A DNA stretch of 64,000 bases from Spirochaetia bacterium (GTDB taxonomy: Bacteria > Spirochaetota > Spirochaetia > SP-2023): the NCBI GenBank assembly GCA_965225855.1, contig CBDDCK010000005.1:256001-320000 (forward strand), given 5' to 3'. The notes beneath the pieces were generated by a model. It ran no database searches. It saw only the letters and a program-made list of their open reading frames with translations, and was not told where the DNA came from. This document shows, one piece after another, positions 11,081 through 20,274 of this stretch. Within the stretch, counting starts at the first letter, position 1. Each line of letters starts with the position of its first letter. Made by a program: the position numbers and the translations under genes.

Positions 11081-11488
11081 ATGGCAACGGGAGTACTAGA
11101 ACAACCCAGTTATGTACTGCATGAACAAGAAAATTGCAAGCTGGAATTGCTAGAGTGAATCGTGGGTGTGGCGGAAAAACTACGCAAGCAACGCACTGCA
11201 CTGCAAATGCTACTGCAGTAAATAGACAAGCGTTCAGAACCAACAGAGCGCAACATGGAGAGCTACTTTGCGCAGATAAATAAACAGCTTGACCAAATAG
11301 ATAAGCGTTTAAATCAAGTAGGCAAACGCTTGGAGATGAGGCAATACAATATGGATAAACCCTTTGAACAGATGCAGCAATATATAGACAAAAAGTTTAA
11401 CTTTATGCAGTGGTTGATTGTAATCGCGGTAACTTTGGTATCGAGTTTAATGTCATTATTGAGGTTTTTGCCAGTAATTCCAAGCTAA
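11081..11488 (+). pseudogene. Coiled-coil protein with C-terminal TM (xDKR-type repeats), interrupted by two in-frame stops
   Basis: Frame from ATG 11081 reads MATGVLEQ...KLELLE*IVGVAEKLRKQRTALQMLLQ*IDKRSEPTERN and continues in frame into ORF 11255-11488 (IDKRLNQVGKR...IDKKFNFMQWLIVIAV). Stops at TGA 11156 and TAA 11219. Confidence 0.7.
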
Positions 11489-11788
11489 CTATCTATGGTA
11501 TTGGTTGTGTCTATTATTGACTAATATATAATCTATCGTTGGTAATGGGTTGAAATATCAGTGGTAATTGGGTTGAGTGTTTGCGAATATTGGCTTTGTT
11601 AATAATTGAATTAGGTTTTAGATTCTCTTTAACTTTTGTATAGACTTAAAAACTTATATATTTTTGTAAGGCTTAAAACTATTCAAAAACAAATTTCTTT
11701 TTATAATGGGCTCTTCGTTTTAGTTATTAAGATAAGTTTATAGTTAGTTTGATTGTATATAAAAAGAATTTACTATATAGGAGACTCT

Positions 11789-14041
11789 ATGCATATAATC
11801 TATATTTGCCCTGGGGTATATGTACTGAATGTCAAAGAGCTTGGCTTAAACATTTTATGTGGCTGCCCCATGGATAGTTCTAAATTGCTCATACGAAAAG
11901 GTATTATTCGCGAAATAGAAAAAGATGGTGTTCGCTTTGAGACTGGCCCGAATGCGATTCTAATTTCAGATAAACTTACGCAAAATGGACAATTTTCTAA
12001 CCTAATAGAATTTCCTGTAATGCAAATGCAATATAACCAAGGTATGTGCCTTCCCAATCACCCCAACAATACCGGAGCACGTCCTCTATTAATTGGAATG
12101 CGGACGCAAATTTATGCTCAATGCAATTATTTTCTTAGAGGTAAATATGGCTTATTTTCCGTAAAAGAGCTTATGGAAGCAGGCTTTGAAGAACAAGAAG
12201 CTAAAAAATTGATGCGCTTAAAAATGCGGTTCAACTTTGGGTATATGGACAAGATTGAAAAATTATTTGACCTATTATACATCGAAAATTCAGAATATCA
12301 AAAAGTTTATGAAGGTTTCTATGTGAGACGTATTAGCTTTAATATTTATGAATTTACCCTAGAATATGAAGCGATAAAAAAAACTATACAAATAAATCTT
12401 AATCTTGGGCCTCACGAAAGATATGAACTTCCCTATTATTTTGATAACTATCGAATCAAACCCTCATATTTTTCTGTAATTCACTTGGGAGAAGCAAATG
12501 GTTGGGATCCCAATCGCCCGTGTATGTCGTCTCTCATTTGCTACCAAGGACGCTACTTTTTAGTTGATGCTCCTCCTGGAGTAGAAAAATTACTCAAAAC
12601 TATTGGGATTTCGGTAAATGAGATAGAAGGCATTTTCCATACTCATTGCCATGACGACCATTTTGTCGGAATAACATCTCTTATCCGTTCTTCCCGTAGG
12701 GTTAAATATTTTGCTACTAAGGCTGTTCGCCATTCGGTAATGAAAAAACTATCATCTTTGCTCTCTATAGAACATCGCATGTTTTTCCGTATGTTTGATT
12801 GCTTTGATATGGAGTTTGACCAGTGGAATAATATAGATGGGCTGCAAGTAATGCCTTTGTTCTCCCCTCACCCCGTAGAAACTTCTATTTTTTATTTCCG
12901 TACTTTGTGTGATTGCGATGAAGGTTATCGTTCTTATGCCCATTGGGCTGACATTTGTTCCAACCGGGTTCTAAAAAGCTTTGTTACCGATGATCCAGAC
13001 GCTTATGGTATTAGTGAGGAATACTATGACCAAATCAAAGAATCCTATTTATTGCCTGCCGACATAAAAAAGATTGACATAGGAGGAGGTTTAATACATG
13101 GTGAAGCAGTAGATTTTAAATACGATACCTCTAAGAAAATAGTATTATGTCATTTAAATCGGCCATTAGACTGCAGTGAAAAAGAGATCGGTACCAATGC
13201 CAACTTCGCTATGAATGATATTTTGATACATTCAAAAATAGACTTTAATATGCAACGTGCTAAAAAATGGTTTAGAGAAATTATGCCTTCAATTACAAAA
13301 GCCGATATGGTGCTATTACTCAATAGCCCAATTGTCGATCTCAATGTTGGTAACATTATTTTAAAAAATGGAGAAAAACCTGAATATATCTATTTATTGC
13401 TAACTGGAGAAATAACAGGAAATAGTAGTAAAGATCGCGTTTCAATGGTCTTACATGCAGGAGCCCTGATAGGCTTTGCAGCTTTAATATTCGATAAACC
13501 AGTCAACCAGACTTTCCGTACGGAGAATTACGTAACTGTATTGAAAATTCCCGGAAATATCTTCTTACATATACTCAAAAAACATGGGTTAGAGGAGCAT
13601 GCCAAAAAAAGCGAGTACTACATAGACTATCTTCTTTCGCTAGACCTTTTCTACTGCAACATTGATTCAAGTATTCTACGTTGGATCGTACAAAGTCTCA
13701 CAATTATTGAAAAAGAGTCAGGTGAATTGATTGACTGTCTCAAACACCCTGGCCTTTATATCGTTCACCAAGGTTCGATCAACATTCAAGAAGAAAATAG
13801 GCTACTTACAAATGGTGACATTTTTGGAGAGGAAACCGTTCTCTTTGGAACAGATATTGAATATAGCTATAAAACAGTGGAAAAAACGCTCATCTATCAT
13901 ATTCCTGACACACTTATTCACCATATACCCGTACTTCAATGGGAATTGATTGAGTTTTATAATATGAGAATCAACTGTGTTGATTTCAATCAGCGACAAT
14001 CAAGTTCCATTGGATCTGCGTCAAAAAAATTAATTCTATAG
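11789..14041 (+). CDS. MBL-fold metallo-hydrolase fused to two cyclic-nucleotide-binding (cNMP) domains
   Basis: THCHDDH metal motif; C-terminal IYLLLTGEI...GALIGF and GLYIVHQGSI...GDIFGEE cNMP-like repeats; GGAG SD before ATG 11789. Confidence 0.8.
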   Translation: MHIIYICPGVYVLNVKELGLNILCGCPMDSSKLLIRKGIIREIEKDGVRFETGPNAILISDKLTQNGQFSNLIEFPVMQMQYNQGMCLPNHPNNTGARPLLIGMRTQIYAQCNYFLRGKYGLFSVKELMEAGFEEQEAKKLMRLKMRFNFGYMDKIEKLFDLLYIENSEYQKVYEGFYVRRISFNIYEFTLEYEAIKKTIQINLNLGPHERYELPYYFDNYRIKPSYFSVIHLGEANGWDPNRPCMSSLICYQGRYFLVDAPPGVEKLLKTIGISVNEIEGIFHTHCHDDHFVGITSLIRSSRRVKYFATKAVRHSVMKKLSSLLSIEHRMFFRMFDCFDMEFDQWNNIDGLQVMPLFSPHPVETSIFYFRTLCDCDEGYRSYAHWADICSNRVLKSFVTDDPDAYGISEEYYDQIKESYLLPADIKKIDIGGGLIHGEAVDFKYDTSKKIVLCHLNRPLDCSEKEIGTNANFAMNDILIHSKIDFNMQRAKKWFREIMPSITKADMVLLLNSPIVDLNVGNIILKNGEKPEYIYLLLTGEITGNSSKDRVSMVLHAGALIGFAALIFDKPVNQTFRTENYVTVLKIPGNIFLHILKKHGLEEHAKKSEYYIDYLLSLDLFYCNIDSSILRWIVQSLTIIEKESGELIDCLKHPGLYIVHQGSINIQEENRLLTNGDIFGEETVLFGTDIEYSYKTVEKTLIYHIPDTLIHHIPVLQWELIEFYNMRINCVDFNQRQSSSIGSASKKLIL

Positions 14042-14052
14042 ATATTCTGTAG

Positions 14053-15495
14053 ATGGAATTGCGCAATGAGCAAACTTTAGGTGAAAAATTTTTTCAAAAT
14101 GGCGATGCAATTTTTGCTCTGGCTACATTGCCCGGCAAGAGTGCTATTGCTATTTTCCGTTGCAGTGGAAAAGACGTTTGGCATTTATTTCAGCAAGCAT
14201 TTTCCCGCTACAATGCTTTATTGCGTGCAGTAAGCCATACGATAACCTACGGTTTTCTTCTACAACCAGAAACAGGCGAAAAGCTAGATGAAGTATTATT
14301 ACTAAAATTTTGTGAGCCTCATAGTTATAGTGGCGAAGATATGTTAGAAATCCACTGCCACGGTAGTATCGCCGTGCTAGATGCACTGTACCAGCTACTA
14401 ATTTCCCTCGGTCTAAGGGAAGCTGGACGCGGTGAATTTACGTACCGCAGCATCAAATATGGCAAACAAAGTCTACATAAAGCTGAAGCGATTGCTCTCT
14501 TGAGCCAAAGCCGTAGCCAAAATCAGAGGCGTAGTGCTTTAGAGCAATTTAGTAGCTCCATGCAAAAAAACTTGCAAAAAATACGTAACGATTTACTGCA
14601 AATTCTTGCTCGCAGTGAACTGCAATTAGACTATGATGAAACCGAGCTAGAATTTCACTACAAGTTGCCCGATAGTTTACCACTGGCTGAACAAAGTTTG
14701 CAATATTTACAGAACTGCTTAACTTCTTACCAATTACAGCAGAGTCACTGGCGAGAATACAAAATCGTGCTGGTTGGAGCAACCAATAGTGGTAAATCAT
14801 CTTTATTTAACTGCCTACTGACTAAAGAGCGTTCTATTGTGTCGCAGCAAGCTGGTACCACCCGTGACTATGTTGAAGCGCGTTTTGAGTTTGCTGGGCA
14901 CAATATTTTACTCTACGATACTGCTGGACTGCGCTATAACAGCAATGATGCAATCGAACAACAAGGTATTCAACGCACTTGGCAATTGATAGAGCAGGCT
15001 GATTTTCTATTCTTACTCAGCGATGTTCGCATCGCACAGCAGCATGAAACAAACGACAAGGCCATACAAGAACTACAAAAGCACCGCCGAAAACTGCAAG
15101 AAACAGGCCAGCCTTTCATCGAAATTTGGAACAAGTGCGATTTGCTGGACGAGCCTCCTGTTGTGCAAAAAATCCCCCACCCGGTGTTTTTATGTTCAGC
15201 CGTAAATGAACAAGGTATAGCTCCATTGCTTGCTGAGTTAGCAACTAGATTGCCCAACTACTTGGGGCAACAAAGTGAGGGACCTGTGAATGAACGGCAG
15301 GCTAAATTACTCGATCAGGCGGCCCAACTACTACAAGAATACTGCAGCCGGCTGCAAAGGCCTGAACTATTTGAATTGGATTGGGCGAGCGAGCTACTTC
15401 GCCAAATATGTGGTAGGCTTGGTGAAGTAAATGGTGATTCCTGTAATGCTGTCATGTTACGTGATATTTTTCAGCAATTTTGTATTGGTAAATAA
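14053..15495 (+). CDS. mnmE: tRNA modification GTPase MnmE/TrmE
   Basis: SYSGEDMLEIHCHG, GATNSGKSS, AGTTRD, DTAGLR, NKCD, C-terminal FCIGK. Confidence 0.97.
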   Translation: MELRNEQTLGEKFFQNGDAIFALATLPGKSAIAIFRCSGKDVWHLFQQAFSRYNALLRAVSHTITYGFLLQPETGEKLDEVLLLKFCEPHSYSGEDMLEIHCHGSIAVLDALYQLLISLGLREAGRGEFTYRSIKYGKQSLHKAEAIALLSQSRSQNQRRSALEQFSSSMQKNLQKIRNDLLQILARSELQLDYDETELEFHYKLPDSLPLAEQSLQYLQNCLTSYQLQQSHWREYKIVLVGATNSGKSSLFNCLLTKERSIVSQQAGTTRDYVEARFEFAGHNILLYDTAGLRYNSNDAIEQQGIQRTWQLIEQADFLFLLSDVRIAQQHETNDKAIQELQKHRRKLQETGQPFIEIWNKCDLLDEPPVVQKIPHPVFLCSAVNEQGIAPLLAELATRLPNYLGQQSEGPVNERQAKLLDQAAQLLQEYCSRLQRPELFELDWASELLRQICGRLGEVNGDSCNAVMLRDIFQQFCIGK

Positions 15496-15521
15496 TAGTC
15501 TTGCTCAAAAGTTGCGAAAAT

Positions 15522-15559
15522 AGTTATACTAGCAAAATTTAGTTATACTAGCAAAATTT
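15522..15559. repeat. 19-bp perfect tandem duplication in the mnmE-lolA intergenic region
   Basis: AGTTATACTAGCAAAATTT at 15522-15540 and 15541-15559. Confidence 0.9.
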
Positions 15560-15619
15560 GCCAAGCTAAATGGATTTTGTTCCTTTTTTTATTCTCTTGG
15601 TTATAAATAGGTTTACAGA

Positions 15620-16294
15620 ATGTATAGTAAAAAGTACATGCAGAATAGAATATTAAAAAGCCTGTTTTGGCTGACTCTATTACTCATACCCTCAACAAAA
15701 ATCTTTACGCAAGAGACCGTAACCCAGTTTTTTTCCCGAGCCGAAGCTGCTTATGAAAAAATAAAGGATTACAAAGCCATCTGGCGCATGAATATTGCAG
15801 GTCAAAATTCTGTAGCTACAGTTTACTACAAAACTCCTGGCAATGTTTTTCTTAATTACAGTATGCCCAGCAAGCGGTTTATTTTGCTGACAGAATCCCA
15901 ACTTGTGATTTATAACCGGCAAAATAATATTTTGATGACCCAGTCGTTAGATAAAAAAGTGGGTGGCCCGCCAAGCCTAAAAGTTATGCGCCGGTTATAT
16001 TCGATGCGTTACAAATATTCCAGTGGTTCACAACCAGTGAAAGAAGAAGATATTGAAACGCCAGTGATTGTCTTGCTACTAAGTCCCAATAATTCTGCTG
16101 TGCGTACTGAAGAGTTAAAGGTGAGTTTTTATCCCGATACGTTGTTAATGCGTCAAGTAAAAGGTTCTTGGTACGGCAGTAAAGTTGAATATAACTTCCT
16201 CGATATTCAAACCAATATTGGCTTAGATGATGCAATTTTTAAACAACAAGACCCTCCCGGGGCCAAAGAATGGGTCAATTTTCTACAGGATTAA
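15620..16294 (+). CDS. lolA: Outer-membrane lipoprotein carrier LolA-like protein
   Basis: Signal peptide; YYKTPGNVFLNYSMP; C-terminal FLDIQTNIGLDDAIFK; directly upstream of a RodZ-like gene. Confidence 0.75.
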   Translation: MYSKKYMQNRILKSLFWLTLLLIPSTKIFTQETVTQFFSRAEAAYEKIKDYKAIWRMNIAGQNSVATVYYKTPGNVFLNYSMPSKRFILLTESQLVIYNRQNNILMTQSLDKKVGGPPSLKVMRRLYSMRYKYSSGSQPVKEEDIETPVIVLLLSPNNSAVRTEELKVSFYPDTLLMRQVKGSWYGSKVEYNFLDIQTNIGLDDAIFKQQDPPGAKEWVNFLQD

Positions 16295-16329
16295 TATATG
16301 AAAATTATTTATGAAATAGAGTTGATAAA

Positions 16330-17478
16330 ATGAAACGGCCTGGTGATATTCTAAGAAAACGGAGGGAAGAGCTGGGTCTCACCTTATTAGAGCTTGAGAA
16401 TAATTTCAATATCCCCCGTCGCAGCCTAGAAGCCATGGAGCGAGATGAATATGATTTTTTTCCCGCTGAATCTTATTATCGTGGGTTTCTACAAAACTAC
16501 GCTGAAAGTCTAAAACTAGACCCCAAAATTTTACTCAATGCCTATCAAAACGTTAAAATTATTGAAAGCCCCTTACCAATGGAGCAATTAACAGGTAATA
16601 ATAAAAAATCTAAATTTTCGCCTCTATATACCGGGATAGGATCGTTATGTTTAATTCTCATTGCCTTAATTAGTTATTTGATTATTCATTTTTTTACAAA
16701 TAAAACGATAAATGAAGAGCAAGAAAAATCTGTAGCGAAATTGGATACCTCAAACGATGTTATAGTTGAAATCAATCGCTATCCTTGGATGCAAACTCTC
16801 GAAGATGGTATGATTTTACGCTTTATTCTCGACATAGAGCAAAAAGATTTATTGCAACCCGAGATGAAAGTAACTCAAGTTGGCCAAGATTTTCGCTTGG
16901 TGAGCTTGAATCTCGATCAAAAATATGGAATTTCTTTGGCGAATAGCAAAACAAACAGCTTGCCATTGCGCGTATCAGATACAGATACCAATTCATTCCG
17001 TTTAGATTTTACACTACAAACAAAAAAGGCTTTGTTAATCAACCTAGCCATCAACAAAAAGTAGAGTTTACTTACCGATTTTGAAGGGGTACTTGGTACT
17101 AAATTTAAAACTTTTCAAAAGAAAAGTAGAAAATCTAAACCACGTGCTATTTTGCAAGCTCGCAAACCAGTGCCTTTACAATTTGCAATTAACTTTTGAA
17201 AATGATAGCTATATCCGATATGAATGGTCTGAGCAAAATGCTCAAGAGTTTTCGGTACTGAAAAACAAAGTTTTACTGTTCAAGGAAAAGCTCCACTAAT
17301 TTTATGGCTTAGCAATGTAAGAGCAACAAAGGTCAAAATTAATGGCCAGGATTTAAAGCTCAATACGATTCAAAATGTATTTGTCGGGCGTCTGGCATGG
17401 AAACGAGATGTCAATAATTATCAGCTTTATCTTTATGTAAATTCTCTAAATAAAACAATAGGTTCTGAACAAAAATAA
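16330..17478 (+). pseudogene. RodZ-like HTH membrane protein whose C-terminal part is split over several frames (pseudogene or sequencing indels)
   Basis: N-terminal HTH (GDILRKRREELGLTL...YYRGFLQNYAESLKLD) and TM. After about 17030, coding-like segments continue in shifting frames and end ...APLILWLSNVRATKVKINGQDL...GSEQK* at 17478, resembling the RodZ C-terminal domain. Confidence 0.65.
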
Positions 17479-17820
17479 ATATTGTAAAAACACAAAAAAG
17501 CGTAGGCCAAACAAAACTGGCGCATCTTAAAAAATTGCTCAAAAAAACTTCAACAATTTTTGCAAATTATTCCAAAAAACTGCAAAAAGTTGCAATTAAT
17601 TTCAAATTCAAAACCCCTTAAACACCCTTTGAAAGTCCCACAAGCATTTATCACCCAACAATTTCCCCAAATTTCCTGCATTTCGTTCCCCATGCCTCTA
17701 CACAAAAAACTTCAATTGCACTTACAAATTTTTTGTTAGGGGTGGGCCTTACTTACAAAAAATTTGGTCGGGGCTGGTTAAAGCAAACAATGACCTACTT
17801 TTCATACCAAAGCTCAAAAT

Positions 17821-17853
17821 AAAAATGGTACATGCCGAAAGCTATGTACCATT
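17821..17853 (-). terminator. Intrinsic terminator after pgk
   Basis: Stem AATGGTACAT/ATGTACCATT (17824-17853) followed by a U-run on the minus strand. Confidence 0.75.
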
Positions 17854-17879
17854 ATAAATAACAAAGATTCAGGATAAAA

Positions 17880-19067
17880 TTACTTTTCCAATACCTTTAC
17901 ACCGGGCAGCTCTTTGCCCTCCAAATATTCCAAAGAGGCACCGCCGCCGGTAGAAACATGGCTCATTTTACTGGCCAAATCAAACTTGTTTACCGCAGCT
18001 ACAGAGTCTCCGCCACCGATAACCGTTACCGCCTTGCCGTCCAATTCAGCAACAAAATGAGCGATAGCAGAAGTGCCTTCGGCAAACTGATCAAACTCAA
18101 ATACGCCCACAGGCCCATTCCAAATTACCATTTTTGCAGCTGCAATCTTTTTGCGGAACAGCTCTACCGTTTGTGGCCCGACATCCATACCCATGTGCTC
18201 ATCTGGAATATTCACTCCGTCAATTATCTCAGCAGTGGCATTCTCGTCAAACTCCGCCGAGACTTTATAATCTACAGGCAAAACAACCTCGACATTCTTA
18301 GCTTTAGCTTTCTCCAAAAAAGATTTTGCCGTTGCCATATAATCTTCTTCAAATAAAGACTTACCGATAGCATTGCCCAAAACTTTGCTGAAAGTATAAG
18401 ACATTCCGCCACCAATAATGAAGGTATCGCAGACTTCAAGGAGCTTTTCCAGTACGGAAATTTTAGAAGAAACTTTAGCGCCGCCAATAATGGCCAAGCA
18501 AGGGTGCTCTGGGCTTTGCAGCACCTTGGCAAAGAATTGGCATTCTTTGCCCATGAGAAAGCCCGCAGCAGATGGCAAGTGTCGAGCAACCCCTTGCGTT
18601 GAAGCATGGGCACGATGGGCTGTGCCAAAAGCATCATTGATATAAATATCACCCAAGGCTGCAAGCTGTTTGGCAAAATTTTCATCGTTACCAGTTTCAA
18701 GCTTGCCATAGTAACGGGTATTTTCCAGCAGCAGAATCTCACCCGTTTTTAGAGCCTTGGCTGCAGTTTCTACTTTAGGGCCTATGGTCTCTTCACAAAA
18801 TGTTACGGGTACTTCTGCTAGCTCGGTCAATCGGCCTTTTATCTGGGCTAAGCTATATTTAGCTTCTTTGGCCTCACTTGGTCTCCCTAAGTGGCTCATC
18901 AGGATGAGGGACGCCCCTTCTTGTAAAATATACTGAATTGAAGGCAATGCTGCGCGGATGCGTGTGTCATCGGTAATTCGGCCATCTTTCAGAGGCACAT
19001 TAAAATCAACACGCATCAATACACGTTTGCCGGACAAATCCAGTTCTTGAATTGTCTTTACTGCCAT
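17880..19067 (-). CDS. pgk: Phosphoglycerate kinase
   Basis: RVDFNVP, SHLGRP, DAFGTAHRAHAS, GGGDS, STGGGASLE. Confidence 0.99.
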   Translation of the reverse strand: MAVKTIQELDLSGKRVLMRVDFNVPLKDGRITDDTRIRAALPSIQYILQEGASLILMSHLGRPSEAKEAKYSLAQIKGRLTELAEVPVTFCEETIGPKVETAAKALKTGEILLLENTRYYGKLETGNDENFAKQLAALGDIYINDAFGTAHRAHASTQGVARHLPSAAGFLMGKECQFFAKVLQSPEHPCLAIIGGAKVSSKISVLEKLLEVCDTFIIGGGMSYTFSKVLGNAIGKSLFEEDYMATAKSFLEKAKAKNVEVVLPVDYKVSAEFDENATAEIIDGVNIPDEHMGMDVGPQTVELFRKKIAAAKMVIWNGPVGVFEFDQFAEGTSAIAHFVAELDGKAVTVIGGGDSVAAVNKFDLASKMSHVSTGGGASLEYLEGKELPGVKVLEK

Positions 19068-19077
19068 GCAAATATCC

Positions 19078-20076
19078 TTAAACCAATTTCAAAGCCAAGT
19101 CAACCACGCGGTTAGAATAACCCCATTCATTATCATACCAAGAGATTACTTTAACAAAGCCTGGGCCTTTTTTCATAGTTAGTGCGGCATCAAAGATGGA
19201 AGAGTGGGTGTTGCCAAAAATATCACGGGAAACAATTGGGTCTGTCTCGTATTTAAGAATGCCTTTCATTGGGCCTTCAGCAGCAGCTTGAATAGTTGAA
19301 TTTAATTCTTCAATAGAAGTATCTTTCTCTAATTGAACAGTAAGGTCGACAACAGAACCGGTAGGCGTTGGAATACGCATAGCAAAACCATCCATTTTTC
19401 CTGCCAATTCGGGGATAACTTGGCTAATCGCTTTGGCGGCACCAGTAGAAGTGGGAATGATTGAGAGCGCAGCAGAGCGAGCGCGGCGCAAATCGGAATG
19501 AGGTTGATCGAGCAAAGCTTGGTCATTAGTATAGGAGTGGATCGTATTCATCAGACCATGCTTGATGGCAAAGTTATCGTTGATAATTTTACTGATGGGA
19601 GCTAGGCAGTTGGTGGTACAAGAAGCATTGGAAAATGCTGTATAGTTCAAGTCAATTTTATCATCATTGACACCCATAACAATGGTTTGATCAATGGTAT
19701 CACTAGCGGGAACTGTGAGAATTACTTTTTTGGCACCTGCTTTAATGTGATCTTTGTAGCCGCCTTTTTCGCTGGCAGCTTTGCGGAAAATTCCTGTGGA
19801 TTCAATTGCTACATCAACACCGAGTCTGCTCCAAGGGAGTTTGGCTGGATTGCGCTCTGCTAAAACTTTGATTTCTTTGCAATTGACAAATAATGAACTT
19901 TCTTTAGTTTCAATACTTTCTTTATACACGCCGTAAGCAGAATCATATTTCAACAAGTGGGCTAAGGTTTTGACATCGGTTAGGTCATTAATAGCAACAA
20001 CATCAATACCACGATCCAAAGCAATTTTAAATACGGCGCGCCCAATACGGCCAAAGCCATTAATAGCGATCTTCAT
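19078..20076 (-). CDS. gap: Type I glyceraldehyde-3-phosphate dehydrogenase
   Basis: INGFGRIGR, SNASCTTNCLAP, WYDNEWGYS; GGAGG SD. Confidence 0.99.
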   Translation of the reverse strand: MKIAINGFGRIGRAVFKIALDRGIDVVAINDLTDVKTLAHLLKYDSAYGVYKESIETKESSLFVNCKEIKVLAERNPAKLPWSRLGVDVAIESTGIFRKAASEKGGYKDHIKAGAKKVILTVPASDTIDQTIVMGVNDDKIDLNYTAFSNASCTTNCLAPISKIINDNFAIKHGLMNTIHSYTNDQALLDQPHSDLRRARSAALSIIPTSTGAAKAISQVIPELAGKMDGFAMRIPTPTGSVVDLTVQLEKDTSIEELNSTIQAAAEGPMKGILKYETDPIVSRDIFGNTHSSIFDAALTMKKGPGFVKVISWYDNEWGYSNRVVDLALKLV

Positions 20077-20107
20077 AAAAAGACCTCCTCTAAAGATTTT
20101 TTTATTT

Positions 20108-20154
20108 TAGAAGGGTTATAATTTTTTCTGAAACAAAAAATTATAACCCTTCTA
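20108..20154. promoter_or_regulatory. 20-bp perfect inverted repeat in the gap 5' leader
   Basis: TAGAAGGGTTATAATTTTTT (20108-20127), loop CTGAAAC, AAAAAATTATAACCCTTCTA (20135-20154). Confidence 0.85.
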
Positions 20155-20165
20155 TTTGGGGGCAG

Positions 20166-20194
20166 ATTGTAGAGAATAAAAATTGAAGGGTCAA
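20166..20194 (-). promoter_or_regulatory. Sigma70 promoter of gap-pgk
   Basis: Minus strand TTGACC (20194-20189), 17-nt spacer, TACAAT (20171-20166). Confidence 0.75.
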
Positions 20195-20274
20195 TATCTG
20201 GCTTTTAATACCAGACTAAGTTTTGCTATCACATTATTTTTTTGTGATAGGTAGGAATATTTAAGGCTATTGTG

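Noticed and set aside
20227..20250. CTATCACA...TGTGATAG dyad as a CRP site or terminator
   Set aside because: The half-sites are in the opposite order to the CRP consensus and there is no U-tract on the coding strand; left unassigned.
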